A stretch of 64,000 bases of DNA from Deferrisomatales bacterium (lineage in GTDB: Bacteria; Desulfobacterota; Deferrisomatia; Deferrisomatales; JACRMM01). This document shows positions 16,298-28,221 of this stretch, piece by piece. Each line of letters opens with the position of its first letter. Positions within the stretch are counted from its first letter, which is position 1. The notes below the pieces were generated by a model. That model was not told where the DNA came from. It saw only the letters and a list, made by a program, of their open reading frames with translations, and ran no database searches. The stretch spans positions 1,078-65,077 of the forward strand of contig JAWSUI010000018.1 in the NCBI GenBank assembly GCA_033551855.1, given 5' to 3'. Both the position numbers and the translations under genes were made by a program.

Positions 16298-17656
16298 ATG
16301 GACCTGAGAACCGATACCGCGCTGTGCACCGACCTGTACGAGCTGACAATGGCGGCCGCCTACTTCCGGCGGCGGATGTTCGGGCCGGCCACCTTCAGCC
16401 TGTTCATCCGGGAATACCCCCCGAACCGGGGTTTCCTGGTGAGCGCCGGGCTGGAGGACGTGATCGACTACCTGGAGCGGTTCCGCTACTCCCAGACGGA
16501 CCTGGAGTACCTGGACAGCCTCCGACTCTTCCCGCAGGATTTCCTGCGCTACCTGGAGGGGATGCGGTTCACCGGCGACATGGTCGCCCTGCAGGAGGGA
16601 CGGCTCTTCTTTCGCGACGAGCCGATCCTGGAGGTCACGGCCCCCATCATCGAGGCCCAGGTGGTGGAGACCTTCATCCTCAACGCCGTCAACCTCCAGA
16701 CTTCCATCGCGACCAAGGCCGCGCGCTGCGTTCACGCGGCCCAGGGCCGTCGGCTCGTGGACTTCTCCCTCCGGCGCACCCACGGCCCGGAGGCGGGCCT
16801 GAAGGTGGCCCGGGCGAGCTTCCTCGCCGGGTTCCACGGCACGAGCAACGTCCTCGCCGGCAAACGCTACGGCATCCCGGTGGCGGGAACGATGGCCCAT
16901 TCCTTCGTCACCAGCTTCGAGGACGAGACGGAGGCCTTCCGGGCCTTCGCCGAGGCGTTCCCGGGCAACACGGTCCTGCTCATCGACACGTACGACACGG
17001 TCGCGGGCGCGCGCAAGGCCGCCGTCGTGGGGCGGGAGATGGCGGCCCGGGGAGAGAGCCTGCGGGGGGTCCGCCTCGACAGCGGGGACATGGCGGCCCT
17101 GAGCCGCGAGGTCCGGGGCATCCTCCGGGAGGCCGGCCTGGACGGGGCTTCCATCTTCGCGAGCGGGGGGTTCGACGAGGGGAAGATCGCCCGGGCCCTC
17201 GCGGCGGGCGGCGAGATCGACGCCTTCGGCGTGGGGACGAAGATGGGGGTCTCGGCCGACGCGCCCTACACCGACATCGCCTACAAGCTCGTCCAGTACG
17301 ACGGTCGGCCCGTCCTCAAACTGAGCGCGGGCAAGAAGACCCTCGCCGGAGCGAAGCAGGTGTTCCGGGCCGCCGAGCGGGGAGCGCTCCGCGGCGACAC
17401 CATCGCCCTGCGGGGGGAGGAGCTCCCGGGGGAGGCCCTCCTGCGCACGGTGATGCGGGGCGGGCAGCGGCTGGGTCCGCCGGACGCCCTGACCGACGTC
17501 CGGGAGCGCTTCCGGGAGGAATTTTCCCGCCTTCCCGAGCCTCACAAGCGCCTCGAGGCCCCGGCGGAGCTCCCGGTCCACCTCAGTGCGGCTCTCCGGG
17601 AGTCCCAGGAGAAGGTGATCCACGACGTCCGGGAAAAGGAGCTCGGGGAGAGCTGA
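16298..17656 (+). CDS. pncB: Nicotinate phosphoribosyltransferase
   Basis: Sequence blocks: LCTDLYELTMAAAYF, FSLRRTHG, GTSNVLAG, GTMAHSFV, LIDTYDT, VRLDSGD. The protein is 452 aa. Confidence 0.85.
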   Translation: MDLRTDTALCTDLYELTMAAAYFRRRMFGPATFSLFIREYPPNRGFLVSAGLEDVIDYLERFRYSQTDLEYLDSLRLFPQDFLRYLEGMRFTGDMVALQEGRLFFRDEPILEVTAPIIEAQVVETFILNAVNLQTSIATKAARCVHAAQGRRLVDFSLRRTHGPEAGLKVARASFLAGFHGTSNVLAGKRYGIPVAGTMAHSFVTSFEDETEAFRAFAEAFPGNTVLLIDTYDTVAGARKAAVVGREMAARGESLRGVRLDSGDMAALSREVRGILREAGLDGASIFASGGFDEGKIARALAAGGEIDAFGVGTKMGVSADAPYTDIAYKLVQYDGRPVLKLSAGKKTLAGAKQVFRAAERGALRGDTIALRGEELPGEALLRTVMRGGQRLGPPDALTDVRERFREEFSRLPEPHKRLEAPAELPVHLSAALRESQEKVIHDVREKELGES

Positions 17657-17686
17657 CCCGACCACGACCGCCGATCAGGAGCCCCC

Positions 17687-18577
17687 GTGAGCGAATACCC
17701 CCGTGAGCTCGCCCCTGGCCTCTGGGCCCTAGGCGACCGCTACACCAACCTCTACCTGGTCCGGGGCCGCCGCTCCTGTGCCCTTCTCGAAGCCGGCATC
17801 TCCGCCGGAGTGGACGCAGCCATCCGGCAACTGGAAGGGCTCTCGGCCTCGCCGGACGTCCTTGTGGTGCCCCACCCCCACCCGGACCACGTCACCGGCC
17901 TTCCCGGCCTGCGTGCCCGCTACCCGCGCGCCGAGGTGCTGGCGGGCCCGGGGGCGCAGCGGTTCCTGGAGCACCCCCGCACCGCCCGGGCCGCCCTCGA
18001 GGACGACCGGCACCTGTGGGACTTCTACCGCCGCGCGGGGCTCACCCCCGGACGGCCGCCCCTGGAGACGCCCCCCTCCCTGCAGGGTGCCCGGGTCGTC
18101 CCTGACGGCGAGGAGCGCGACCTCGGAGGGCTGACCCTGCGGTTCCTCGCCATCAGCGGCCACGCCCCCGGGCAGCTCGCGGTCCACGTCCCGGAGGTGG
18201 GCGCCCTCGCAGTCTCCGACGCCCTGGGGTTCCGGTTCCCCGAGCGCGGATTCCTTCCCGTGTACTTCACCTCCTACGCCGGTCATCTGGCGGCGCTGGA
18301 CCGCCTCGAGGCCCTGGGACCCCGGATCGTGTGCCCGGCGCACCTGGGGCCCTTGGTGGGGGAGGCGGCGCGCAGGGTATTCCCAGAGGCCCGGGAAGCC
18401 GCCCGGGGCCTGGCGCAGCGGATCCGGCAGAACCGCGCCCGCCTCGACGAGCTTGCCGAAGAGCTGTTTCGGGAGGTGTACGCCGACGAGTTCCTCATGT
18501 ACACCGAGGCAAACATCCGCACCTGCGTCGCTCTGCTCATCCGGCGAAGTCTCGAGGAGCCGCGGCCCCCCCCCTGA
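17687..18577 (+). CDS. MBL-fold metallo-hydrolase
   Basis: HxHxDH motif (HPHPDHVTG). Beta-lactamase-fold N-terminus (LYLVRGRRSCALLEAG). A later GHAPGQ block. Confidence 0.75.
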   Translation: MSEYPRELAPGLWALGDRYTNLYLVRGRRSCALLEAGISAGVDAAIRQLEGLSASPDVLVVPHPHPDHVTGLPGLRARYPRAEVLAGPGAQRFLEHPRTARAALEDDRHLWDFYRRAGLTPGRPPLETPPSLQGARVVPDGEERDLGGLTLRFLAISGHAPGQLAVHVPEVGALAVSDALGFRFPERGFLPVYFTSYAGHLAALDRLEALGPRIVCPAHLGPLVGEAARRVFPEAREAARGLAQRIRQNRARLDELAEELFREVYADEFLMYTEANIRTCVALLIRRSLEEPRPPP

Positions 18578-18607
18578 AACCGGCTCCCCCAAGAGGCGTG
18601 ACCCGCC

Positions 18608-20269
18608 ATGTGGGTGACGATCGGCACGCTGGCCGGCGGCTTGGGGCTCTTCCTCCTCGCCGTCGCGATGATCACCGACGGCCTCAAGCTCGCCGCGGGC
18701 AGCGCCCTGCGCGACATCCTGGCCCGCTACACCAGCACCCCGATGCGCGGGGTCGCCTCCGGGGCCCTGGTGACCGGCCTCGTGCAATCCTCGAGCGCCG
18801 TGACGGTGGCCACGATCGGCTTCGTCAACGCCGGTCTCCTGGAGCTCGGGCAGGCCCTGGGGGTCCTCTACGGCGCCGCCATCGGCACCACCGCGACCGG
18901 GTGGCTGGTCGCAGCGGTCGGCTTCCAGCTCCAGATCAGCACCCTCGCCTACCCCCTCGTGGGGGCGGGCATGCTGGCGCGACTGCTGGGGCCCTCCACC
19001 CGGGCGGGGGCCATCGGGGAGGCCGCTGCCGGTTTCGGGCTCTTCTTCCTGGGGATCGACGTGCTGCGCGCCGCCTTCGGCGACGTCGCCGGTCCCCTGG
19101 ACTTCGCCAGCCTGTCCCCGAAGGGCCCCTTGGGCCTTGCCGGCTTCCTGGGCGTCGGGTTCCTGATGACCCTCTTCACGCAGTCCTCCAGCGCCGCCGT
19201 CGCCCTCACCCTCACCGCGGCCACCACGGGGATCGTGGACTTGACCGGCGGCGGAGCCATGATCATCGGTGCCACGGTGGCGACCACCTCCACCTCGGCG
19301 CTGGCGGCGATCGGAGCCACCCCCAACGCCCGTCGTGTCGCCGCGGCCCACGTGGGGATCAACAGCGCCAACGCCGCCACGGGATTTGTGCTCCTCCCCT
19401 CTTTTCTGTGGCTGCTCTCTGTCACCGGAGACCCGCTCGGGCTCCGGCAGTCGCCGGCCCTCGCACTGGCCGGGTTCCACACCGCCTTCACCGTCGCGGG
19501 CGTCCTGCTCCAGTGGCCGGCGAACCGGCGGATGACCCGTTTCCTCTCCCGGCGCTTCCTCACGCCGGGGGAGCAGCTCGGCCGGCCCCAGTACCTGGAC
19601 GCCAACGTCCTGTTCTCGCCGGTCCTGGCCGTCGACGCCTTCGCCCTGGAACTGCGGCGTATGGCCGAGCTCGCCGGGAGCCACGTGCGGGCCACCCTCG
19701 GCGCCGAGGCCGCCTCCCGCCGCACGCTGACCGAGCAGCGCGAGGGGCTGCTGCGGCTCGTCCGGGCGGTGGAGCGCTTCGTGGGGCAGCTCGAGGCGGA
19801 ACGGATCACCCAGGCGGTGGCCAAGCAACTGCCGCTGGTCCTGCGCATCTCGAACTACCTGGCGGAGGTGGCCGACCTGGCACGGGAGATTCAGGAGGGA
19901 AGCGCCGACGTGGAGGCCCTCCGGGAGACGCCGCTGCGAACCGAGATCGACGCCTACCGGGGGGCCGTGCTGGCCTTCCTCCTCCGCTGCGACCCCGGGG
20001 CTCCCGGCTTCCGCTCCGAGGAGGTCCAGGCCGACTACGAGGGCTTGCGGAAGGGCTGGAGAAACCTGAAGACCGCGCTCCTGGAGGCAGGGGTCCGCCG
20101 GCTGGTCCCGGTGGGCCGGCTCACCCCCGCCTTCGACGCGCTGCGCGCCATGCTGCGCATCGCGGAGCGTTCCGCCAGGGTGGCCTCCCGCATGGCAGAG
20201 CTGAAAGGCGCCCTGCCGGGGGCGGAAGCCGAGGCCGCTCCCCCGCAGACGGCCGACGGGGCGAGCTGA
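18608..20269 (+). CDS. Na+/phosphate cotransporter family protein (NptA-like with a PhoU-like C-terminal region)
   Basis: Duplicated QSSSA motifs (GLVQSSSAVTVAT and LFTQSSSAAVALT). Multiple hydrophobic helices, then a soluble helical C-terminus. Confidence 0.85.
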   Translation: MWVTIGTLAGGLGLFLLAVAMITDGLKLAAGSALRDILARYTSTPMRGVASGALVTGLVQSSSAVTVATIGFVNAGLLELGQALGVLYGAAIGTTATGWLVAAVGFQLQISTLAYPLVGAGMLARLLGPSTRAGAIGEAAAGFGLFFLGIDVLRAAFGDVAGPLDFASLSPKGPLGLAGFLGVGFLMTLFTQSSSAAVALTLTAATTGIVDLTGGGAMIIGATVATTSTSALAAIGATPNARRVAAAHVGINSANAATGFVLLPSFLWLLSVTGDPLGLRQSPALALAGFHTAFTVAGVLLQWPANRRMTRFLSRRFLTPGEQLGRPQYLDANVLFSPVLAVDAFALELRRMAELAGSHVRATLGAEAASRRTLTEQREGLLRLVRAVERFVGQLEAERITQAVAKQLPLVLRISNYLAEVADLAREIQEGSADVEALRETPLRTEIDAYRGAVLAFLLRCDPGAPGFRSEEVQADYEGLRKGWRNLKTALLEAGVRRLVPVGRLTPAFDALRAMLRIAERSARVASRMAELKGALPGAEAEAAPPQTADGAS

Positions 20270-20271
20270 GT

Positions 20272-20433
20272 GGTTGCGGTGGGCGGTGCCCACCCTACGG
20301 GTCCATCGCCGAGATCGGGGGCCCGATGGAAACCCACACAGATCGAAACAGAACCAGAATTCCTCCACGTCTCGGCGCCTCTGCGCGAGATCGTTCTTGC
20401 CCTGGATTGACCCACTGGGTTTCCGGAAGGGCC
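20272..20433 (+). repeat. Composite intergenic repeat: module R1 (about 85 nt) fused to module R2, followed by a partial R4 (20461-20498)
   Basis: R1 (TGGTTGCGGTGGGCGGTGCCCACCCTACGGGTCCATCGCCGAGATCGGGGGCCCGATGGAAACCCACACAGATCGAAAC) recurs at 31729 and 51877. The R2 part matches 13085-13159. Confidence 0.8.
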
Positions 20434-20616
20434 TCCCGGCAGAGGCAGCGCCCCGGTGTGTGGCTCCCGGACTCCGCTCGCCGACCAGCCGATGGATCTA
20501 GGGAAATCGTACGACTTGACGCCGTCCTCGGCCCTCTGATAGCGTCGCGCGGTTTTCCGGATGCGACCTGCAGCCGGTTTTCCCCGCTCCTCGCCCTCAC
20601 CGCCGGAGGACTTGCC

Positions 20617-21765
20617 GTGAAGAAGACGACGCTCCTCGCCCCAGGCCCCACGCCTGTGCCCCCTGACACCCTGCTGGCCATGGCCCGGCCGATCATCCAC
20701 CACCGGGAGCCGGAGTTCAAACCCGTGTTCTCGGCGTGCCGGGAGGGTCTGCGCTACCTCTACCAGACGGAGCGGGACGTGGTGATCCTGGCGGCGTCGG
20801 GGACGGGCGCCATGGAGGCCGCCGTCACCAACTTCCTCCGGAAGGGCGACAAGGCCCTGTACGTCAACGGCGGCAAGTTCGGGGAGCGGTGGGGGAAGAT
20901 CCTCAAGGCCTACGGCTGCCGGGGCGTGGAGCTCAAGGTGGAGTGGGGCTCGGCGGTGGACCCGGAAGACGTGCGCCGGGCCCTCGACGCCGACCCGGCC
21001 ATCCGGGCCGTCTACGTGCAGGCGAGCGAGACCAGCACGGCGGTGGAGCACCCGGTGGGGGCCCTCGCCGCCATCACCCGGGACCGACCCGACGTGCTCC
21101 TGGTGGTCGATGGCATCACCGCCGTGGGCGTCTTCGCCCTTCCCATGGACGCCACCGGCATCGACGTCCTCGTCACCGGCAGCCAGAAGGCCCTCATGCT
21201 CCCCCCGGGCCTCGCGTTCATCGCCTGGAGCGAGAAGGCCGAGGCCTTCCTGGGCACGTCGGACCTCCCGCGGTTCTACTTCGACCTGCAGGCCGAGCGG
21301 AAGAAGCAGCAGGAGAGCCAAACCGCCTGGACCCCGGCGGTCAGCCTCGTGGTGGGCCTGGCCGACGTGCTCCGGCAGATCCGCGAGGAGACCCTCGAGG
21401 GCGTGTTCTCCCGCACGGCCCGGCTGGCCGATGCCACCCGGGCGGCGGCGCTGGCCCTGGGCCTCGAGCTGTACGCGCCCGACAGCCCCAGCGACGCCTG
21501 CACCGCCGTGAAGATGCCCCCGGCAGTGGACGGGCAGGCCCTCAAGAAGGCCCTCCGCGAGCGGTTCGGGATCACCGTCGCCGGCGGGCAGGATCAGGCC
21601 AAGGGCAAGATCATACGGATCGCCCACCTCGGGTACGCCGACACCTTCGACGTCGTCACGGCCGTGTCGGCCCTGGAGATGGCCCTCCTCGGTCTCGGCC
21701 ACCCGGTGGAGCTCGGCACGGGGGTGCGGGCCGCCCTCCAGGTTCTGGGGGGGGATGCGCGATGA
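20617..21765 (+). CDS. Class V aminotransferase (serine-glyoxylate/phosphoserine aminotransferase type); likely the SerC function given its coupling to serA
   Basis: GTG at 20617 (VKKTTLLAPGPTPVP). A SQKALMLPPGL Lys-containing block. The ATGA overlap with serA is at 21762-21765. Only the last 383 codons of the 1144-aa track ORF are credible. Confidence 0.8.
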   Translation: MKKTTLLAPGPTPVPPDTLLAMARPIIHHREPEFKPVFSACREGLRYLYQTERDVVILAASGTGAMEAAVTNFLRKGDKALYVNGGKFGERWGKILKAYGCRGVELKVEWGSAVDPEDVRRALDADPAIRAVYVQASETSTAVEHPVGALAAITRDRPDVLLVVDGITAVGVFALPMDATGIDVLVTGSQKALMLPPGLAFIAWSEKAEAFLGTSDLPRFYFDLQAERKKQQESQTAWTPAVSLVVGLADVLRQIREETLEGVFSRTARLADATRAAALALGLELYAPDSPSDACTAVKMPPAVDGQALKKALRERFGITVAGGQDQAKGKIIRIAHLGYADTFDVVTAVSALEMALLGLGHPVELGTGVRAALQVLGGDAR

Positions 21766-23345
21766 AGCGGGTCCTGGTCAGCGACAGCCTCTCGCCCCGG
21801 GGCATCGAGATCCTCCGGGCGGCTCCCGAGCTCCAGGTCGATGTCCAGACGGGCCTCAAGCCCGACGAGCTCAAGGCCGTCATCGGCAACTACGACGCCC
21901 TGGTGGTGCGCAGCGCCACCAAGGTGACCGAAGAGATCCTCGAGGCCGCCGGCAACCTCAAGGTCGTCGGCCGCGCGGGAATCGGCGTGGACAACGTGGA
22001 CGTGCCCGCGGCCACCAAGCGGGGCGTCGTGGTCATGAACACACCGGGCGGGAACACCGTGACCACCGCCGAGCACGCCCTGGCGCTCATGATGAGCCTG
22101 GTGCGGTACATCCCCCAGGCCACCATCAGCATGAAGGCCGGCGTGTGGGAGAAGAAGAAGTTCGAGGGCCACGAGCTGTGCGGCAAGACCCTGGGCGTGG
22201 TGGGGCTGGGCAATATCGGTTCCATCGTCGCCGACCGCGCCCTGGGCCTCAAGATGAAGGTCCTGGCCTATGACCCGTTCATCAGCCAGGACCGCGCCGC
22301 GGAACTCGGCGTGGAGCTGACGGACCTCGACGGGCTCTTCCGGCGGGCCGACATCGTCACCGTCCACGTGCCGCTCCTCGAGGAGACCCGAAACCTGATC
22401 GCGGCAGAGGCCTTCGAGAAGATGAAGGACGGCGTGTACCTGGTGTGCGCCGCCCGGGGCGGGATCGTCGATGAGGCCGCGCTCCTCGCGGCCCTGGAGA
22501 GCGGCAAGGTGGCGGGGGCTGCCTTGGACGTCTTCCAGAAGGAGCCGCCGGGGCTGACCTCCCTCGTGGCCCACGAGCGGGTGATCTGCACCCCCCACCT
22601 GGGCGCCAGCACGGTGGAGGCCCAGGAGGCGGTCTCGCTGCAGGTGGCGGACCAGATCGTCGATTACCTCGTCACCGGCACGATCCGCAACGCCATCAAC
22701 GTGCCGAGCGTCCCCTCGGAGATGCTCGAACAGATGCGCCCCTACCTGGAGATGGCCCGGAACCTGGGCCGCCTGCAGGCCCAGCTCGGCGCCGCCGCGC
22801 TGAGGTCGGTGGAGCTCGAGTACTCGGGCAAGACCGCGGAGGGCCGAACCGGGCTCTACACCGCCGCGGCGCTCGAGGGCCTCCTGGCCGCGAGCCTGGG
22901 GGGGAGGGTGAACCTGGTCAACGCCCCGGTGGTCGCCCGGGAGCGGGGCATCCGGGTGGTGGAGACCCTGGCCCGCGCCGGGGAGGACTACTCGGCCCTG
23001 ATCCGCCTGGGGGTGGAGACGGACTCCGGCACCTCCATCCTCGCGGGAGCCATCTTCGGGAAGCGGGAGCCCCGGGTGGTGGAGATCGACGGCATCGGCA
23101 TCGAGGCCATCCCCCAGGGCCACCTCCTGGTCTTCTGGAACTACGACCGCCCGGGACTGGTAGGCAGCATCGGCACCACCCTGGGCAAGCACGCCATCAA
23201 CATCGGCCAGCTGGCGTTCGGCCGGGAAACCGTGGGCGGCCGGGCGGTCACCGTGGTGAACATCGACAGCCCCGCGGAGGAAGCCGTCCTGCAGGAGCTG
23301 CGCGGCCTGCCCAACGTGATCAGCGTCACCCAGGCCTTCCTGTGA
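21762..23345 (+). CDS. serA: D-3-phosphoglycerate dehydrogenase (long form with a C-terminal ACT domain)
   Basis: Sequence: MKRVLVSDSL; NAD site GVVGLGNIGS; catalytic CARGGIVDE...TPHLGAST; ACT-like tail ending LPNVISVTQAFL. Confidence 0.9.
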   Translation: MKRVLVSDSLSPRGIEILRAAPELQVDVQTGLKPDELKAVIGNYDALVVRSATKVTEEILEAAGNLKVVGRAGIGVDNVDVPAATKRGVVVMNTPGGNTVTTAEHALALMMSLVRYIPQATISMKAGVWEKKKFEGHELCGKTLGVVGLGNIGSIVADRALGLKMKVLAYDPFISQDRAAELGVELTDLDGLFRRADIVTVHVPLLEETRNLIAAEAFEKMKDGVYLVCAARGGIVDEAALLAALESGKVAGAALDVFQKEPPGLTSLVAHERVICTPHLGASTVEAQEAVSLQVADQIVDYLVTGTIRNAINVPSVPSEMLEQMRPYLEMARNLGRLQAQLGAAALRSVELEYSGKTAEGRTGLYTAAALEGLLAASLGGRVNLVNAPVVARERGIRVVETLARAGEDYSALIRLGVETDSGTSILAGAIFGKREPRVVEIDGIGIEAIPQGHLLVFWNYDRPGLVGSIGTTLGKHAINIGQLAFGRETVGGRAVTVVNIDSPAEEAVLQELRGLPNVISVTQAFL

Positions 23346-23370
23346 GGGCCGGGGCGCTCGGGACACCGGC

Positions 23371-25990
<2,620 letters not shown>

Positions 25991-26034
25991 GATTTCTCTG
26001 GGGCCTCCGCGCCCATCTCGGGGCATCCCCCGCC

Positions 26035-26064
26035 TTGACGGTGCGAAAAACGCCGCGGTATAAG
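26035..26064 (+). promoter_or_regulatory. Sigma70-type promoter for tRNA-Lys
   Basis: TTGACG (26035-26040), an 18-nt spacer, then TATAAG (26059-26064). This puts a start site about 10 nt before the tRNA 5' end. Confidence 0.55.
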
Positions 26065-26081
26065 TTCCCCCTGGAATCCGT

Positions 26082-26157
26082 GGGCCGTTAGCTCAGTTGG
26101 TAGAGCACCTGACTTTTAATCAGGTGGTCGCAGGTTCGATCCCTGCACGGCTCACCA
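26082..26157 (+). tRNA. tRNA-Lys (anticodon UUU), CCA encoded
   Basis: Folded by hand. Acceptor stem GGGCCGT/ACGGCTC, anticodon stem CCTGA/TCAGG with loop CTTTTAA, T-arm GCAGGTTCGATCCCTGC, discriminator A plus CCA. Confidence 0.9.
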
Positions 26158-26199
26158 GAAAGAACAAGGGTCTGGGCGATGCGCCTAGACCCTTTCTTC
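26158..26199 (+). terminator. Hairpin immediately after tRNA-Lys
   Basis: AAGGGTCT (26166-26173) pairs with AGACCCTT (26187-26194), flanked by GAAAGA/TCTTC. The T-tract is weak. Confidence 0.35.
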
Positions 26200-26419
26200 G
26201 TCCAAGAAGCCCTTTGGGTAGCACTTTGGGTAGCAGCTGGGTGGGTCCACCTTGCTGTCTGGGCTCCTGCTACCCGCCCCCTCCGAGCCAGAGAGAGAAG
26301 TGCGTTGTGGAAACGGTCGCGTCCAACACGGCGGGCCTCCTCTCGTGTGTTCGCCGCCGGAGCGGGGGAGTGGACCGGTCGTTGGGTGGAGTCGCTGTCG
26401 GAGCAGTCTGGGGGGGTCT

Positions 26420-26743
26420 CTACAGGCTCGGGCTCGGCCCGAGCGGCCCGAGCCCTTTCCATGGCCGCGCGATACCGACGCCCGCTCCTACGCTCCGCAG
26501 TGTGAATGTCCGACCGTGTCGACAACCCTGCACCTCCCGTGCGGTGCGCCCGTAGAAGAGGACCGCGGCAGGGCGGTACGGAAACAGCCTTTTCGGGCTG
26601 CAGACCTTAGCCGCGGAAGTCGAGGGCGCGTGGGGAGAGGCCAGGAGCACCACCTCCTCCAGCTGCCACAGGCGAGCGGGTGCCGAGCCCTCCCGGTAGG
26701 CGGCAGAGAACAGAACGTTGGCGTCCAGGAAGACGCGGTCCAC
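26420..26743 (-). pseudogene. PIN-domain toxin, N-terminal part only
   Basis: Starts at GTG. The opening VDRVFLDANVLFSAAYREGSAPARLWQLEEVVLLASP is PIN-like. After about 40 aa the frame degenerates into Pro/Arg/Gly text. Confidence 0.55.
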
Positions 26744-26746
26744 GGA

Positions 26747-26905
26747 CTACGGCCGATCGTGGGGGATCGCGGCGGGGTCCAGGCCCATCCGGCGCACCTC
26801 GGCCACCGCCTCCTCGTAGTCCTCGTCGTCCGCGGCGTTCTGAAGCAGGAACTCTGCCTTGCGCTCTGGGGTATAGCCATCCGCTCCCCGCCTTCCCCAG
26901 GATCT
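26747..26905 (-). pseudogene. Antitoxin C-terminal fragment with no start codon
   Basis: The frame reads ...YTPERKAEFLLQNAADDEDYEEAVAEVRRMGLDPAAIPHDRP and stops 3 nt before the PIN start. It is open only from an in-frame TGA at 26906-26908, with no ATG, GTG or TTG. Confidence 0.5.
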
Positions 26906-26929
26906 TCATGCACGAGGCAGGAGACGGTC

Positions 26930-27222
26930 GGTGCTGGTTTCCGGGCCCGCTTCGCGTTCCGCTTCGTTGCCCCGGCGTCTACGTTCTTCTCCAGCTCCTT
27001 GACCGCAGAGGCGTGTTCCAGGTGTGCGTCGGCGAGCCCGGTCGCGGGGTAGGTGTCGAACTGCATCCGTTTGGGCTTGCCGTCGAAACGATACACGAAG
27101 ACCCAGGTCTTCCTCCCCGTGGGAGCCACGCGGAGCCCGAACCCTGGCCGCCCATCCTCCCGGACTTCATAGCGGGTCGCCTTGGGATGGAGGGATCGGA
27201 CCACCTTGTCGGTAAACACCAT
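26930..27222 (-). pseudogene. Tyrosine integrase, N-terminal arm-type DNA-binding domain only (DUF4102-like)
   Basis: The sequence MVFTDKVVRSLHPKATRYEVREDGRPGFGLRVAPTGRKTWVFVYRFDGKPKRMQFDTYPATGLADA is typical of P4-type integrase N-termini. No core-binding or catalytic domain follows. Confidence 0.6.
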
Positions 27223-27256
27223 GACCGCGTCCTCCGTCTCGAGTGCTACCCATCCG

Positions 27257-28009
27257 CTACCCAGTTTGGCCGAGATCGTCGAAGGTGCGGATGTCGAACC
27301 GGCGAAGGGCCGTCTTCCGGACCTGCCACTCGATCCGCCAGACGTCGCTCTCTCGGCGCCGAAGGACGAAGAACCAGACCTTGTGGCTCTTTTCGGCGAT
27401 CTCCGCAACCTTGTCGTAGACGCGAAGGACGACGTTTCCCTTGCCGAAGGTGAACGTCTGGACCTTGCCGTTCTCCCGGTGCTGGCTGTCCTTGGTCGCG
27501 CGGGTCGTGAAGGCGTCCTCGTCGAAGTCGACGACGGGCAGGAGGTAGTCGAAGCAGAAATCCACCCGCGAGAGCCCCTCGCGCTGGTCACGCTCGAAGC
27601 CGACGCTTCGGGCCCAGGCGAGAAACTTCGCGTGCAGGAGATAGCCGGACTCTCGCCAGAGGGCTTGGCTTCGGAAGGTGACGAAGAAGTTCGGGCGGTT
27701 GTGGGGCCCGCACTCGATGGTGAAGTCGCCGTTGCTCAGAACGTAGGGGTAACCGGACTTCGAGCCGCCGGCCTGGACGAGAAACTCCCCCTTGCCGCAC
27801 GCTACCGCCACGGCTTCCCGCCCCCTCCCCTGCGCCGCTCGTTCCTTGCCCAGGGACACCGCGTCGAAGAAGTCGGCGTCCGGCCGGCCGGTCGGCTGCA
27901 GGTAGTAGGCGCACTGGACCGTGTCCAGCCGGTCGTTTACCGGAAGAACCCCGTTCTCGAGGATATCGTCGCGGGGAGAAGGGGCCGGGCGCTGCGGCTG
28001 TGGGGACAC
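27257..28009 (-). CDS. Rep_trans-like replication initiation protein, probably truncated at both ends
   Basis: Blocks: LSRVDFCFDY, TFTFGKGNVVLRVYDKVAEI, WRIEWQVRKTAL. These fit the rolling-circle/phage Rep_trans pattern. At 250 aa it is short for the family. Confidence 0.5.
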   Translation of the reverse strand: MSPQPQRPAPSPRDDILENGVLPVNDRLDTVQCAYYLQPTGRPDADFFDAVSLGKERAAQGRGREAVAVACGKGEFLVQAGGSKSGYPYVLSNGDFTIECGPHNRPNFFVTFRSQALWRESGYLLHAKFLAWARSVGFERDQREGLSRVDFCFDYLLPVVDFDEDAFTTRATKDSQHRENGKVQTFTFGKGNVVLRVYDKVAEIAEKSHKVWFFVLRRRESDVWRIEWQVRKTALRRFDIRTFDDLGQTG

Positions 28010-28221
28010 TTCTCCTGCAGGCCCGCGAAGTCGACTTCGCCCCCTGCTCCGACTTCTTCCTCGACACCTTCGAGACCTTCCGGACCCAGGGACGCGGAGC
28101 CCTGAGCTTCACCGACGCCGCCATCGTCACCGCGGCTCGGCGCCACGCCCCCGGCTATGTCGCCGCCTTCGACGCCGATTTTCGCGAAGTAGGGGGAGTC
28201 AACGTCGTGCCGAGCCCGTGA
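28000..28221 (+). pseudogene. PIN-domain toxin, C-terminal half only
   Basis: GALSFTDAAIVTAARRHAPGYVAAFDADFREV is a typical VapC C-terminal block. The N-terminal acidic residues are absent, and the 5' end overlaps the Rep gene. Confidence 0.5.

Larger units (their letters stand above)
26158..28221. mobile_element. Decayed integrated element at the 3' side of tRNA-Lys (gene fragments only)
   Basis: Holds a truncated integrase arm domain, two PIN fragments, an antitoxin C-terminal fragment and a truncated Rep_trans gene. No intact recombinase and no attR repeat were found. The right boundary is uncertain. Confidence 0.6.

Noticed and set aside
17729-20368. 879-aa ORF on the - strand
   Set aside because: It is antisense to the MBL hydrolase and Na/Pi transporter genes, and its composition is that of a GC-rich shadow frame.
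18331-21765. 1144-aa ORF on the + strand
   Set aside because: The frame happens to stay open across the transporter gene and the repeat region. Only the final 383 codons (from GTG 20617) match an aminotransferase.
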